Part shown: one piece after another, positions 9,395-20,332 of the stretch | Layout of the letters: each line of letters starts with the position of its first letter | Numbering within the stretch: the stretch's first letter is position 1 | DNA from: an uncultured bacterium | GTDB taxonomy: Bacteria > Actinomycetota > Acidimicrobiia > Spongiisociales > ZC4RG35 | Length of the DNA stretch: 64,000 bases | Reading direction: 5' to 3' | Assembly: GCA_963753285.1 (NCBI GenBank) | Contig: CAVWBT010000005.1 | Coordinates: 132,564-196,563 of the forward strand | The notes under the pieces: generated by a model | Seen by the model: only the letters and a program-made list of their open reading frames with translations | Told to the model about the DNA's origin: nothing | Database searches by the model: none | Made by a program: the position numbers and the translations under genes

Positions 9395-10054
9395 CTACCC
9401 CAGGGGGAGGTCTGCGTCGTGAAATGGGTCGGGGATGATGGCGAAGAGACAGCCCGACCGGACCCGAACGGTGGCGAACGGCCGTGCCAGCTCGTTCGAC
9501 ACGCCACGAGTGGAACCGAAGGGGAGGTCTTCTTCGGTCAGCTCCCAGCGGAGACCGGCCGTCGTGATCCCGAGGACGTCGCCACCCGCAGGCACGAGGG
9601 ACACGGTCTGACCCGGCGTCCCGTGCAGCTGGGTGTGGTGACGAACCACGCTGATGCGTGCGGTCCCGGCGATCCACTCGATCTCACATCGTTCGAACTT
9701 CGCGCTCGCAATGACGGCTGCATTTGCGAGGAAGTGATCGATCCGGCCGCCGCGGCCTCCGAGGACGATGATCCGCTCGATGTTCGGCCGTTCGATGGCG
9801 TGATCGAGCGCGAGCTCGAAGTCCGTCGCGTCCTTGTCGATCGGGTGGAGGTCCACCGGGCCCCGGTGTGTTTCGAGCCGCGCGGCGTCCACCGAGTCCA
9901 TGTCTCCGACGAGGAAGTCGACATTCAGCCCGATGTGGGATGCGTGGTCGAGCCCGGAGTCGGCGGCGATCACCCATCGTCGGTCGGGCAGGTCCTCGAG
10001 GGCGTCCGCCGGCACCTCATCGCCACCGATGACGACGACCGCAGTGTTCAACAC
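9395..10054 (-). CDS. thiN: Thiamine diphosphokinase
   Basis: IAADSGLDHA, VGDMDS, DKDATDFELAL, GGRGGRIDHFLAN, GLRWEL..STRGVSNE. Confidence 0.93.
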   Translation of the reverse strand: MLNTAVVVIGGDEVPADALEDLPDRRWVIAADSGLDHASHIGLNVDFLVGDMDSVDAARLETHRGPVDLHPIDKDATDFELALDHAIERPNIERIIVLGGRGGRIDHFLANAAVIASAKFERCEIEWIAGTARISVVRHHTQLHGTPGQTVSLVPAGGDVLGITTAGLRWELTEEDLPFGSTRGVSNELARPFATVRVRSGCLFAIIPDPFHDADLPLG

Positions 10055-10170
10055 GCTCCGTCTCCCCTCAAGGGAGACAAGCTGCCTCCTGCGGCATCCA
10101 GGAGGGGCCTGGAGCCGGTCCCCGTAGCTCGGCGATCTACCGGCTGCACACCACGGGGCATCGCGGTCGC
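10055..10170 (-). ncRNA. Candidate structured 5' leader of thiN (unassigned; not a canonical TPP riboswitch)
   Basis: Four complementary pairs: 10151-58/10120-27, 10140-45/10113-18, 10085-91/10099-105 and 10060-66/10072-78. The last one covers the SD. The TPP hallmark CTGAGA is absent. Confidence 0.35.
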
Positions 10171-10179
10171 CTGCGCACC

Positions 10180-10219
10180 AAATGACAAAATCGTCTTACG
10201 CGCCATCGTGCGCGTAAGA
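10180..10219 (-). terminator. Intrinsic terminator after the S9 peptidase
   Basis: 9-bp perfect stem TCTTACGCG/CGCGTAAGA (10194-10202 / 10211-10219), followed on the minus strand by CGATTTTGTCATTT. Confidence 0.6.
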
Positions 10220-10226
10220 AGGATCG

Positions 10227-12092
10227 TCACGATGCGAGCCATCGGTCGAGCCAGTCGCCGACCTCCCGGTACCACAGCAGCGAACGGCTGCGGTCGAGCA
10301 CCCAGTGGCCCTCGTCCTCGAAGTGGACGAGCTTGGCCGGCACCCCCTTGGCGTGGAGCATGCCGTAGAGTTCGAGGCCCTGGCCGACCGGCACCCGGAA
10401 GTCCTTGTCGCCGTGGATCACCAGCGTCGGAGTCTCGACGTGGCGACCGTGCGACATCGGGCTCCATCGTTGGACGCGCTCGGTGTCCTTCCATGCTTCG
10501 GCCCCGTAGGCGAGCTTTCGGCCCATCGTGATGTCGGAGGCGTACATGCCGGGGAGGTCGGTCACGGCGGCGTGTGCCACGGCGCACCGATACCGGTTGG
10601 TCTGGGTGATCAGCCAGCTCACCAGATAGCCACCGTACGAGCCACCGGTGATCGCCATGCGCTGGGCATCCACGAGGCCTGCTTCGACGAGATGGTCTGT
10701 TACGGCCTCGATGTCGGCTGCCGGTCGGTCGCCCCACGCCCCATGGATCGAACGGGCGAATTCGTCTCCGAACGATGTCGAACCGGCGAAGTTGGCGAGC
10801 GCGACGGTGTAGCGGTCGCCGGCGAAGACCGCAGCGTTCCATCGCCAGTGCCACTGATCGCCGAAGATCCCGTGGGGGCCGCCATGGATCATGTGCACCA
10901 GGGGATGTGGGCCGTCTGTGTCCGGTGAGACCAGCCACACCTGGATCGGTGCGTCGTCGCTGCCCGTGACGGTGACCTCGGACACCTCGGGCATGTCGAT
11001 GTCCTGCATGGCCTCGGCGGTGAAGCGAGTGAGCCGCTCGAGCCCCCAGGCGTGGACCTCGCAGACCTCAGGCGGGCTGGTCAGGGAAGCGTGAGTGACG
11101 ACGATGCGATTCGAGGTGTGATCGAACCCGTTGACCGAGCCTCCCTCGGTCAACGCGGTGGGCGGACCCGAACCATCCCACGAGTAGAGGCGGACGGTGC
11201 CCCGGTCCTCTGCCATGAGCAGGAGGCGGCTGTCCTGCCACTCCCACGCGATCGGTGACCGGTCCCAGCCCCCGACGTCCACCAGCTCGTGGTCACCGTC
11301 CAAGCTGAGCGACGCAAGGCGGACCGGATCCGCGTAGTACTCCGGCTTGAATTGAAGGCCGATCGTCACCGTCCCATCCGGAGCGAACCGCGGGCTCGAG
11401 GCGTGGCCATCGAGCCACGGCGTCAGCTCTCGTTCCTCGCCAGTCGCCAGGTCGATCGCATACACCGACCACCGGAGGTCGCGGTACGGCGGGTCGGGCC
11501 GCAGCGCGCAGTAGACGAGATGGTCTTCGTCCACGGCGATGTCAGCGATCGGGTCGCCGGTGTTGTCCCAGCGCATCCACTTGTCCTGCTCGGGTGTGAG
11601 ATCACGGGTCGTCCACGCATCGACCACGACTTCGAAGATGTGCGGCCGAGAGCCGTCGGTCAGCCAACGATCCCAGTAGCGGTAGAGGGCGTGCTCGCTC
11701 ATATGCACTCCGTCCTCCTCCTCTGCGCCCACGGAGCTGAGAACGAAGAGGCGCCGTCCGTCGGGCGACCACCTCGCGCCCAGGGCAGATCCGTCGACCT
11801 CGGGCACCGGTCGCGGCTCCCCGCCGTCGGTGTGCATCACATGGATCTGTTTGCGCCCGTCCCGGGCTCTGACGAACGCCACCCTGCTGCCGTCGGGAGA
11901 CAGCGCCGGGTTCGAGGCTCCGGGAGCAGTGAGCGGCCGGACGTTCGCGCCGTCCGACCTCCACAGGCGGGTCGAACTCGAATCGCCTTCGGCGTCCCAC
12001 GTCGTGACCGGGACGATCAGCCACCGATCGGACAGCAACGGCGACCCAACCCTCGGGATGTTCCACATGGCCTCTGCAGTGATCGGTCTCAT
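10227..12092 (-). CDS. S9-family (prolyl oligopeptidase/acylaminoacyl) peptidase with PD40/TolB-like propeller
   Basis: IHGGPH, GGSYGG nucleophile, HGDKDFRVP, FEDEGHW; SPDG repeats. Start trimmed to ATG 12092. Confidence 0.93.
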   Translation of the reverse strand: MRPITAEAMWNIPRVGSPLLSDRWLIVPVTTWDAEGDSSSTRLWRSDGANVRPLTAPGASNPALSPDGSRVAFVRARDGRKQIHVMHTDGGEPRPVPEVDGSALGARWSPDGRRLFVLSSVGAEEEDGVHMSEHALYRYWDRWLTDGSRPHIFEVVVDAWTTRDLTPEQDKWMRWDNTGDPIADIAVDEDHLVYCALRPDPPYRDLRWSVYAIDLATGEERELTPWLDGHASSPRFAPDGTVTIGLQFKPEYYADPVRLASLSLDGDHELVDVGGWDRSPIAWEWQDSRLLLMAEDRGTVRLYSWDGSGPPTALTEGGSVNGFDHTSNRIVVTHASLTSPPEVCEVHAWGLERLTRFTAEAMQDIDMPEVSEVTVTGSDDAPIQVWLVSPDTDGPHPLVHMIHGGPHGIFGDQWHWRWNAAVFAGDRYTVALANFAGSTSFGDEFARSIHGAWGDRPAADIEAVTDHLVEAGLVDAQRMAITGGSYGGYLVSWLITQTNRYRCAVAHAAVTDLPGMYASDITMGRKLAYGAEAWKDTERVQRWSPMSHGRHVETPTLVIHGDKDFRVPVGQGLELYGMLHAKGVPAKLVHFEDEGHWVLDRSRSLLWYREVGDWLDRWLAS

Positions 12093-12216
12093 GCCGACAA
12101 CCGTACCGAAGGCTGCGCTCGACCGGACAACCCGATATCCGTGTTCCTCACGTTGCCACTGACGGACAGTCATTACTGTCTTGCGCCGAACCATCCGGAC
12201 CGACCCAGGACCATCC

Positions 12217-13302
12217 ATGAGCTCCGTTGCAGTACTCACCTCCGGTGGCGACGCACCCGGAATGAACTCCGCCATCCAGGCCGTCGTGCGCGTTGCTGCG
12301 TCGCAGGGGCTCGATGTCGTCGGGATCCTCGACGGCTACGACGGCCTCATCGACGGGACCTCCCGTTCATTGACACGCCGTACCGACGAGGGTGTCAGCG
12401 TTCCCGTCCCCGACGTCGACAACGCGGGCCCGCTCGGAGGCACGATCCTGGGTTCGAGCCGCTGCCCTCGATTTCACGACCCTCGATACCGCGCCCAGGC
12501 GGCCGACCATCTCAGATCGCTCGACGCAATCGGGCTCATCGTGATCGGCGGGAACGGCTCGATCGCCGGAGCGCACGCCATCGCCAACGAGATGGAGATC
12601 CCGGTCGTCGGTATTCCCGCCTCGATCGACAACGACATCGGCCTCACGCGTGAGGCGCTGGGGGTCGACACTGCGCTGAACACGATCGTCGAGGCTTGCG
12701 ACCGCATCTCCGATACCGCCCGTTCGCATCGGAGGGCCTTCATCGTCGAAGTCATGGGACGCGACAGCGGGTATCTGGCGATGGCTGCCGCCGCCGCAAC
12801 CGCTGCGGACGCCGTGCTGCTCCCCGAAGTCTCGAAGAGTTTCGACGAGACGGTCGACGCGGTCGCCGACTGCATTCGTCGAAGCTTCTCCTCGACGCGG
12901 CAGAAGCGCCGCATTCTGGTGATCAAGGCCGAGGGCGTGGGAATCCCGACCCACATGCTGGTCGACGAGGTCGAGGCCCAACTGGAGGACATCGACAATC
13001 TCGAGGTGCGTGGCACCGTCCTGGGTCACCTCGTCCGGGGTGGCAACTCGTCGTTCCGTGACCGACTCATCGCCGGCCGCTTCGGCCTGACCGCGATGGA
13101 GGCCCTGGTCGCAGGCAAGACCGACGTGATGGTCGGCTGGAATGCGACCGACGTCGGCGAGGAGACGAGTGACTCGTTCATCAGGCTCTTCCCGATCTCC
13201 CAGGTGCTCGAGGAGACCGAGGCGCTCATCGACGGTACGAGCCCGGTCATCAGGGGGCGTGTCGAACGGCTCGAGAGCATCCAGGGCGTGCTGTCGCTGT
13301 GA
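12217..13302 (+). CDS. pfkA: 6-phosphofructokinase paralogue 1 (ATP-type signature GGNGS / PASIDND)
   Basis: VLTSGGDAPGMN, GGTILGSSR, VEVMGRDSGYLA, LGHLVRGG. Confidence 0.9.
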   Translation: MSSVAVLTSGGDAPGMNSAIQAVVRVAASQGLDVVGILDGYDGLIDGTSRSLTRRTDEGVSVPVPDVDNAGPLGGTILGSSRCPRFHDPRYRAQAADHLRSLDAIGLIVIGGNGSIAGAHAIANEMEIPVVGIPASIDNDIGLTREALGVDTALNTIVEACDRISDTARSHRRAFIVEVMGRDSGYLAMAAAAATAADAVLLPEVSKSFDETVDAVADCIRRSFSSTRQKRRILVIKAEGVGIPTHMLVDEVEAQLEDIDNLEVRGTVLGHLVRGGNSSFRDRLIAGRFGLTAMEALVAGKTDVMVGWNATDVGEETSDSFIRLFPISQVLEETEALIDGTSPVIRGRVERLESIQGVLSL

Positions 13303-13318
13303 CAGTGTCGATGCCGGC

Positions 13319-13509
13319 CGACTTCTGGACGGGTGAGTTGGAGTCGGATGGGATGCACGAGTCCAGAACAGACGCCGGTCGGCCGGGGCTGCCGCTGTGT
13401 GTCGCTCGGGGATGGGAGGCGTTGGAGTCGGTGGCGGGCGACTTCTGGAAGGGTGAGTTGGAGTCGGATGGGATGCACGAGTCCAGAACAGACGCCGGTC
13501 GGCCGGGGC
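13319..13509 (+). repeat. Two 71-bp direct repeats with a 120-bp period
   Basis: 13319-13389 and 13439-13509 are identical except at 13330/13450. The first copy has an internal inverted repeat TTCTGGAC...GTCCAGAA; the second has one mismatch in it. Confidence 0.9.
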
Positions 13510-13662
13510 ACTGGACGGATGGTCTGCAGTCGCTCTCTGCCGAGGACTTCCGGCCGTACCGGGTCCCTGGGGCCTTCAGTACGATCACCCGGTGATGCCC
13601 CCAAGACCGACATTCGGAATCGGACGGGGCGGTCAGTCCGTCCAGCGTCGAGGAGAAATCTC

Positions 13663-14721
13663 ATGAGTTCCTACGCCGACATCCAGGAAGTGCTCGCCGA
13701 TCAGGCCGAGTACCTGCTCGATCACTCGTGCGCGACGATCCCCGCCGAGCAGCTGCACCTGCCGGGTCCCGACTTCATCGATCGGGTGACGTCGAAGACC
13801 GACCGCGGTCCGGCCGTGCTGCGCAACCTGGCATCGCTGTATGGCCACGGTCGCCTGGCCGGGACCGGATACGTCTCGATTCTGCCCGTCGATCAGGGCA
13901 TCGAGCACGCCGCCGGTGCCAGTTTCGCCCCGAACCCGATCTACTTCGACCCGGCGAACATCTGTGAACTCGCCATCGAGGGAGGGTGCAACGCGGTCGC
14001 CTCCACACTCGGCGTTCTCGGTGCGGTGGCGCGTCAATACGCGCACAAGATCCCGTTCATCCTCAAGTTCAACCACAACGAGTTGCTGACCACCCCCAAC
14101 AAGTACGACCAGGTGATGTTCGCTTCCATCGAACAGGCCTTCGAGATGGGATGTGTCGGTGTCGGCGCCACCATCTATTGGGGGTCGGACGAATCGAACC
14201 GCCAGCTCCAAGAGGTGTCGGCTGCGTTCGAGCGTGCCCACGAGCTCGGGATGTTCACGGTGCTCTGGTGCTATCTGCGCAACTCCGCGTTCAAGGTCGA
14301 CGGTGTCGACTACCACGCGTCCGCCGACCTCACCGGCCAGGCCAACCACCTCGGGGTGACACTCGAGGCCGACATCATCAAGCAGAAACTGCCGACCAAC
14401 AACGGGGGATACCTGGCGATCGAGGCCGGCAAGACGCACGACAAGGTCTACAGCGAGCTGACGACGGACCATCCGATCGACCTCACCCGCTACCAGGTCG
14501 TCAACAACTACATGGGACGGATGGGTCTCATCAACTCCGGCGGGGCATCCGGCAGCCACGACCTCCAGGACGCCACCGCCACCGCCGTGATCAACAAGCG
14601 AGCCGGCGGGACGGGGCTCATCAGCGGGCGGAAGGCGTTCCAGAAGCCCATGAAGGACGGTGTGGCGCTCCTGAACGCGATCCAGGACGTCTACCTGTGC
14701 GAAGAAGTCACGGTCGCCTGA
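13663..14721 (+). CDS. fbaB: Class I fructose-bisphosphate aldolase (DhnA/FbaB type)
   Basis: [27 protein letters not shown] (Schiff-base Lys), [10 protein letters not shown]; RBS AGGAG before ATG 13663. Confidence 0.96.
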   Translation: MSSYADIQEVLADQAEYLLDHSCATIPAEQLHLPGPDFIDRVTSKTDRGPAVLRNLASLYGHGRLAGTGYVSILPVDQGIEHAAGASFAPNPIYFDPANICELAIEGGCNAVASTLGVLGAVARQYAHKIPFILKFNHNELLTTPNKYDQVMFASIEQAFEMGCVGVGATIYWGSDESNRQLQEVSAAFERAHELGMFTVLWCYLRNSAFKVDGVDYHASADLTGQANHLGVTLEADIIKQKLPTNNGGYLAIEAGKTHDKVYSELTTDHPIDLTRYQVVNNYMGRMGLINSGGASGSHDLQDATATAVINKRAGGTGLISGRKAFQKPMKDGVALLNAIQDVYLCEEVTVA

Positions 14722-14733
14722 GGAGGGTCGAGC

Positions 14734-15882
14734 ATGCGAATTGGAATCCTGACAGGGGGTGGTGACGTCCCCGGACTCAACGCCGCCATCAAGGCGGTGG
14801 TCAACCGTGCGGACGAGCAAGGACACGAGGTGCTCGGCCTGCGCCGCGGCTGGGCCGGTCTGCTGTATGTCGATCCAGACGATCCGGCGACCCTCGAGGA
14901 GTATTCCCAACCGTTGGACCCGGCGTGGGTGCGCACGATCGATCGTTCCGGCGGCACCGTTCTCCACAGCTCGCGGACCCACCCTGGCAAGGTGAAGGCG
15001 TCGGATGTCCCCGACTTCCTCACGCCTCCACCGGACAGCGAGCCCCCGTACGACTTCACCCCGCACGCGATCGAGGTCCTCGAGGCGTACGGCATCGACG
15101 TCCTGATCCCGATCGGCGGCGACGACACGCTGTCGTACGGTTTGCGGCTACACAACGAAGGTGTCCCGGTGATCGCCATCCCCAAGACGATGGACAACGA
15201 CGTCCACGGCACCGACTACTGCATCGGCTTCTCCACCGCGGTGACCCGCGGCGTGCAGTTCGTGCACAACCTGCGGACGAGCACCGGGTCCCACGAGCGC
15301 ATCGCCGTCATCGAGTTGTTCGGCCGGTACAGCGGGGAGACATCGCTGATCACCGCCTATCTGGCCGGTGTCGATCGGGCGGTCATCTCGGAGGTGCCGG
15401 TCGACATCGACAGGCTCGCTGCGTATCTCGTCGCCGATCGCAAGGCGAATCCGAGCCACTACGCGATGGTCACCGTGTCCGAGGGGGCGGTCATCGAGGG
15501 CGGCTCGATGTCGCTCCGTGGGGAGGCCGACGCCTACGGGCATCGCAAGCTGGGTGGTGTCGGCGAGCAGGTCGGCGCAATGCTGAAGGAGTCCACCGGC
15601 ATCAATGTCATCAACCAGACCGTCGGCTACCTCATGCGGTCCGGCAGTCCTGATTCGCTCGACCTGATGGTCGCCAACAACTACGCCGTGATGGCAGCCG
15701 ATCTCGCCATCGAGGGGCAGTCCGGGCGGATGGTGGCACTGCGCGGCGGGACGTACACCAACGTCCCGATCTCGCTGATCGGCGAGGGTGTCAAGCGGGT
15801 CGACGTGGGGGAGATGTACGACTCGGAGGCCTACCGGCCGAAGATCCGACATGTCGGTGGCAAGCCGATGTTCCTCTACTGA
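14734..15882 (+). CDS. Phosphofructokinase paralogue 2 (PPi-type signature GGDDT / PKTMDND)
   Basis: [28 protein letters not shown]; Asp/Lys at the donor-determining positions. Confidence 0.88.
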   Translation: MRIGILTGGGDVPGLNAAIKAVVNRADEQGHEVLGLRRGWAGLLYVDPDDPATLEEYSQPLDPAWVRTIDRSGGTVLHSSRTHPGKVKASDVPDFLTPPPDSEPPYDFTPHAIEVLEAYGIDVLIPIGGDDTLSYGLRLHNEGVPVIAIPKTMDNDVHGTDYCIGFSTAVTRGVQFVHNLRTSTGSHERIAVIELFGRYSGETSLITAYLAGVDRAVISEVPVDIDRLAAYLVADRKANPSHYAMVTVSEGAVIEGGSMSLRGEADAYGHRKLGGVGEQVGAMLKESTGINVINQTVGYLMRSGSPDSLDLMVANNYAVMAADLAIEGQSGRMVALRGGTYTNVPISLIGEGVKRVDVGEMYDSEAYRPKIRHVGGKPMFLY

Positions 15883-15974
15883 GTAACATCGCTGCCCGTG
15901 CCCCCCGGATCGACACATCTTCGTTTCGTCGCCCTCGGGCGGTCGAACCCGGACCGAATCGCTGAGAGGCTCCG

Positions 15975-16994
15975 ATGAGCGTCATCGGAGTCCTCACGGC
16001 CGGCGGCGACTGCCCCGGCCTCAACGCCGTCATCCGCGGTCTCGTCCTCCGCGCCGACGAGAAGTACGACTCGGAGGTTCTCGGGATCATGAATGGATGG
16101 GAGGGGCTGATGGACGGGGATGTCCATCTGCTCGGCCGCCGCGACGTCGACGACATCCTCGCCAAGGGCGGCACCATCCTCGGGACGTCGCGCAAGGACC
16201 CCTACGTCCACGGTGACGGGTATGCGAGCGTCGCCAGGACGCTCAAGCGCAACGACATCGACAGCCTCGTCGTCATCGGCGGTGATGGCACGCTCCGAAC
16301 CGCCCTCCGGCTGGGCGAGGACGGTGCCAACGTGATCGGGGTCCCGAAGACGATCGACAACGACATCAACGGCACCGACTTCACGTTCGGGTTCGACACG
16401 GCGGTGCAGATCGTCACCGACGCCATCGATCGCCTCACCACCACCGCCGAGGCCCACAACCGGGTGATCCTGGTCGAGGTGATGGGACGGACGAAGGGGT
16501 GGATCGCGACGTACGGCGGTCTGGCGGGTGGTGCGCAGGCGATCTTGATCCCCGAGGTGCCCTACGACATCGAAGAGGTCAGTGCGCTCATTCGACGGCG
16601 GCATCGACGTGGCAAGAACTACAGCGTCGTCGTGGTCGCTGAGGGCATCGAACCGCCCCAGAAGGTCGAACTCCAGAAAGACGCATTCGGTTTCGATCGG
16701 CTCGGCGGCGTCGCCTATCAACTCGCCCCGGTCATCGAACATCTCACCGGTTACGAGACGCGGGTGACGGTGCTCGGCCACCTCCAGCGGGGAGGTACGC
16801 CGACGGCGTTCGACCGGGTGCTGGGGACGCGGTTCGGCGTCTACGCCGCCGATCTGGCCGTTGCGGGCCGGCACGGAACCATGGTTGCGATGCGGGGAGC
16901 CAAGATCGATGCCGTCCCGCTTGCAGAGGGTTGTGCCGAGATCCGGGGCGTCGATCCCGAGCTGTACGACGTCGCCCAGACGTTCTTCGGTTGA
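15975..16994 (+). CDS. Phosphofructokinase paralogue 3 (group III/Streptomyces-like, GGDGT / PKTIDND)
   Basis: VLTAGGDCPGLN, GGTILGTSR, VEVMGR..GWIA, LGHLQRGGTPTAFDR. Confidence 0.9.
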   Translation: MSVIGVLTAGGDCPGLNAVIRGLVLRADEKYDSEVLGIMNGWEGLMDGDVHLLGRRDVDDILAKGGTILGTSRKDPYVHGDGYASVARTLKRNDIDSLVVIGGDGTLRTALRLGEDGANVIGVPKTIDNDINGTDFTFGFDTAVQIVTDAIDRLTTTAEAHNRVILVEVMGRTKGWIATYGGLAGGAQAILIPEVPYDIEEVSALIRRRHRRGKNYSVVVVAEGIEPPQKVELQKDAFGFDRLGGVAYQLAPVIEHLTGYETRVTVLGHLQRGGTPTAFDRVLGTRFGVYAADLAVAGRHGTMVAMRGAKIDAVPLAEGCAEIRGVDPELYDVAQTFFG

Positions 16995-17016
16995 GTCGAT
17001 CGACGCCGTTCCGGTC

Positions 17017-18354
<1,338 letters not shown>

Positions 18355-18388
18355 GCCTGGCTCGCTGGCGCTCGCTGTCGGTTCTCGG

Positions 18389-19599
18389 TCAGGTGACGGT
18401 GATGGTGAGGCGGGCGTGGGCGGTTCTCAGGGCCTCGATGACGGAGGACGGCTCGGCGGCGCGGGCGAACACGAAACCGAGATACCGGTCGCCGTCGGGG
18501 GTCGGTTCGACGTGTGCGCCGAGGGGGATCGAGATCTCGACCGAGGTCACTCCGGGCACGGACTCGGCAGCTTCGACACCGCCGACTGAGGTCGAGCGTT
18601 CCCGCGGCCGGGACCGGGATCATGAGCACGCCGCTCGCTCCGGGGAGGCGCCTCGATCCGCGCTTTCGCTCGCCGAGTGCCTGTCGCAGCACGAGCGATT
18701 CGAGCGAGTCTCCCATCAAACCGAACGTGAGGCTCCGGCCGCACAACCCACCGATCGTCCGCCCGGCGATCTCGAGCACCACCGGAACACCCTCCTCGAT
18801 GCGGAGCTCGGCGTGGATGGGGCCCTGTGTCAGTCCGAGTGCCCGCGTCGCAACGCTCACCGTGCGTTCCACCTCGGCAACGATCTCGGTCGACAGCGAC
18901 GTCGGCGTCACCAGGATCGTCTCGGGGAAGAACGGACCATTCGGTTGATCCGGCTTGTCGAAGATCGCCAGCGTCTCCAGCCTGCCGTCCCAGAGCAGGC
19001 CCTCCAGCGAGATCTCGGGGCCGCTCACGAACCGTTCCACGAGGATCCGTTCCGTGCCGTCGTCCTCGGCCTGGTGCCTGGCCGCCAGCCTCGCCGCCTC
19101 GCGTGAGCGCGGCCTGGTCGTCTGCTCGCATCACCCCGACACTGGCACTTCGGGTTCTCGGTTTCACCACGACCGGGAAGCCGATCCGGTCGGCGGCGGC
19201 TGCCACCGTGGAGAGTTCGACGACGTCGAACGCCGGCTGGGCGACCTCGGCCTGTGCCAGCAGCCGGCGCATCAACGCCTTGTCGAGCGTTGCGCGGACC
19301 GCGGCCACTGGGCTGGCCGGGAGTCCGATCAACTCCGCCGCCCGTGCTGCGATCTCGACCCCGGCGTCGTCGGCGGCAACGATCGCGTCGATCGGGGTGG
19401 TGGTTGCGATATCGGCGACACGCTCGGCGGAGACGATCGGATCCGAACAATCGATGCGCACCTGACGGTCGGAAGCCAGCAGCGGAAGTTCCGATTCACT
19501 GGCGATCGTGAGTTCGATTCCCAGCGCGCGAGCGGCATCCACGAAGTCGGCTGCGCGGTAGGTCTCGGTCGGCAACACGACCACGACACGGGATCCCAT
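18389..19599 (-). pseudogene. ATP-grasp domain protein interrupted by two +1 frameshifts (~19100 and ~18590); pseudogene or sequencing errors
   Basis: Three consecutive frames rebuild one ATP-grasp protein: LPTETYRAADF...FPVVVKPR, then ILVERFVSGPEISLEG...FDKPD, then VGGVEAAESVPGV...DRYLGFVFAR...*. The span is 1211 nt = 403 codons + 2. Confidence 0.8.
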
Positions 19600-19650
19600 G
19601 CGTGCGAGGCTATCTCAAAAGCCATGTTTGCAGGTAGGCTGAGCCATCTC

Positions 19651-20274
19651 ATGTCTGATTCAGAAGCCCGTACCGTCCTGTCCCTCGCACCCGACGCGAT
19701 CGAGATGATCACCACGCTCGCCGAGCAAGAGCCCGGTGACGACGAGTACGGCCTCTACATCGAGGTGACCGGGATCCGAGGTCCCCAGTTCACCTACGAC
19801 CTCAGTTTCATGCCCGTTACGGACGCGACCGATGGCCAGATCGTCGAACGTCACGACAGCCTCGCAGTGATCCTGCGAACCCAAGACGTCGAGAAGCTCG
19901 ACGGCGCCAGCCTCGCCCTCTCCGACGAAGGCCTGGCGATGAACAATCCGAACACGCCGGCAACGCCGACCATGGCTGCTCCGAAGGGTGACCTGACCGG
20001 CCCGCTCGCCGACCAGATCCAGACGGTCCTGGAACAGCAGGTCAATCCGGCGATCGCCTCCCACGGAGGAGGCGCCGAGTTGGTGTCGGTGGACGGCACG
20101 ATCGCTTATCTCAAACTCATGGGCGGCTGCCAGGGCTGCGGGATGGCACAGGTCACCCTGCGCCAAGGCATCGAGCGGATCCTGCTGGAGGCGATCCCGG
20201 ATCTCTCCGGCGTGATCGACGTGACCGACCACGCGTCCGGAACCGACCCCTATTACCAAGCCGCCAAGAAGTAG
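19651..20274 (+). CDS. nfuA: NfuA-type Fe-S biogenesis protein (degenerate A-type domain + NifU C-terminal domain)
   Basis: QVNPAIASHGG, LMGGCQGCGMAQVTLRQGIE, DVTDHASGTDPYY. Confidence 0.9.
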   Translation: MSDSEARTVLSLAPDAIEMITTLAEQEPGDDEYGLYIEVTGIRGPQFTYDLSFMPVTDATDGQIVERHDSLAVILRTQDVEKLDGASLALSDEGLAMNNPNTPATPTMAAPKGDLTGPLADQIQTVLEQQVNPAIASHGGGAELVSVDGTIAYLKLMGGCQGCGMAQVTLRQGIERILLEAIPDLSGVIDVTDHASGTDPYYQAAKK

Positions 20275-20332
20275 CTCCGACACCGGCCGATACCGGCGGC
20301 CGCGCCGGCGCGCCGGAGCGTGGAGGGGGACG

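Noticed and set aside
10055-10170. Canonical TPP riboswitch or SRP RNA upstream of thiN
   Set aside because: No CTGAGA/ACCTGA core, and no GGAA tetraloop with the SRP symmetric loop.
10100-10181. tRNA-like segment ending in ACCA on the plus strand (possible tRNA-Sec)
   Set aside because: No T-loop GTTCRA, no anticodon arm, no acceptor stem.
13319-13509. CRISPR mini-array
   Set aside because: The repeat is 71 bp with only two copies, the spacer shares sequence with the repeat, and no cas genes are present.
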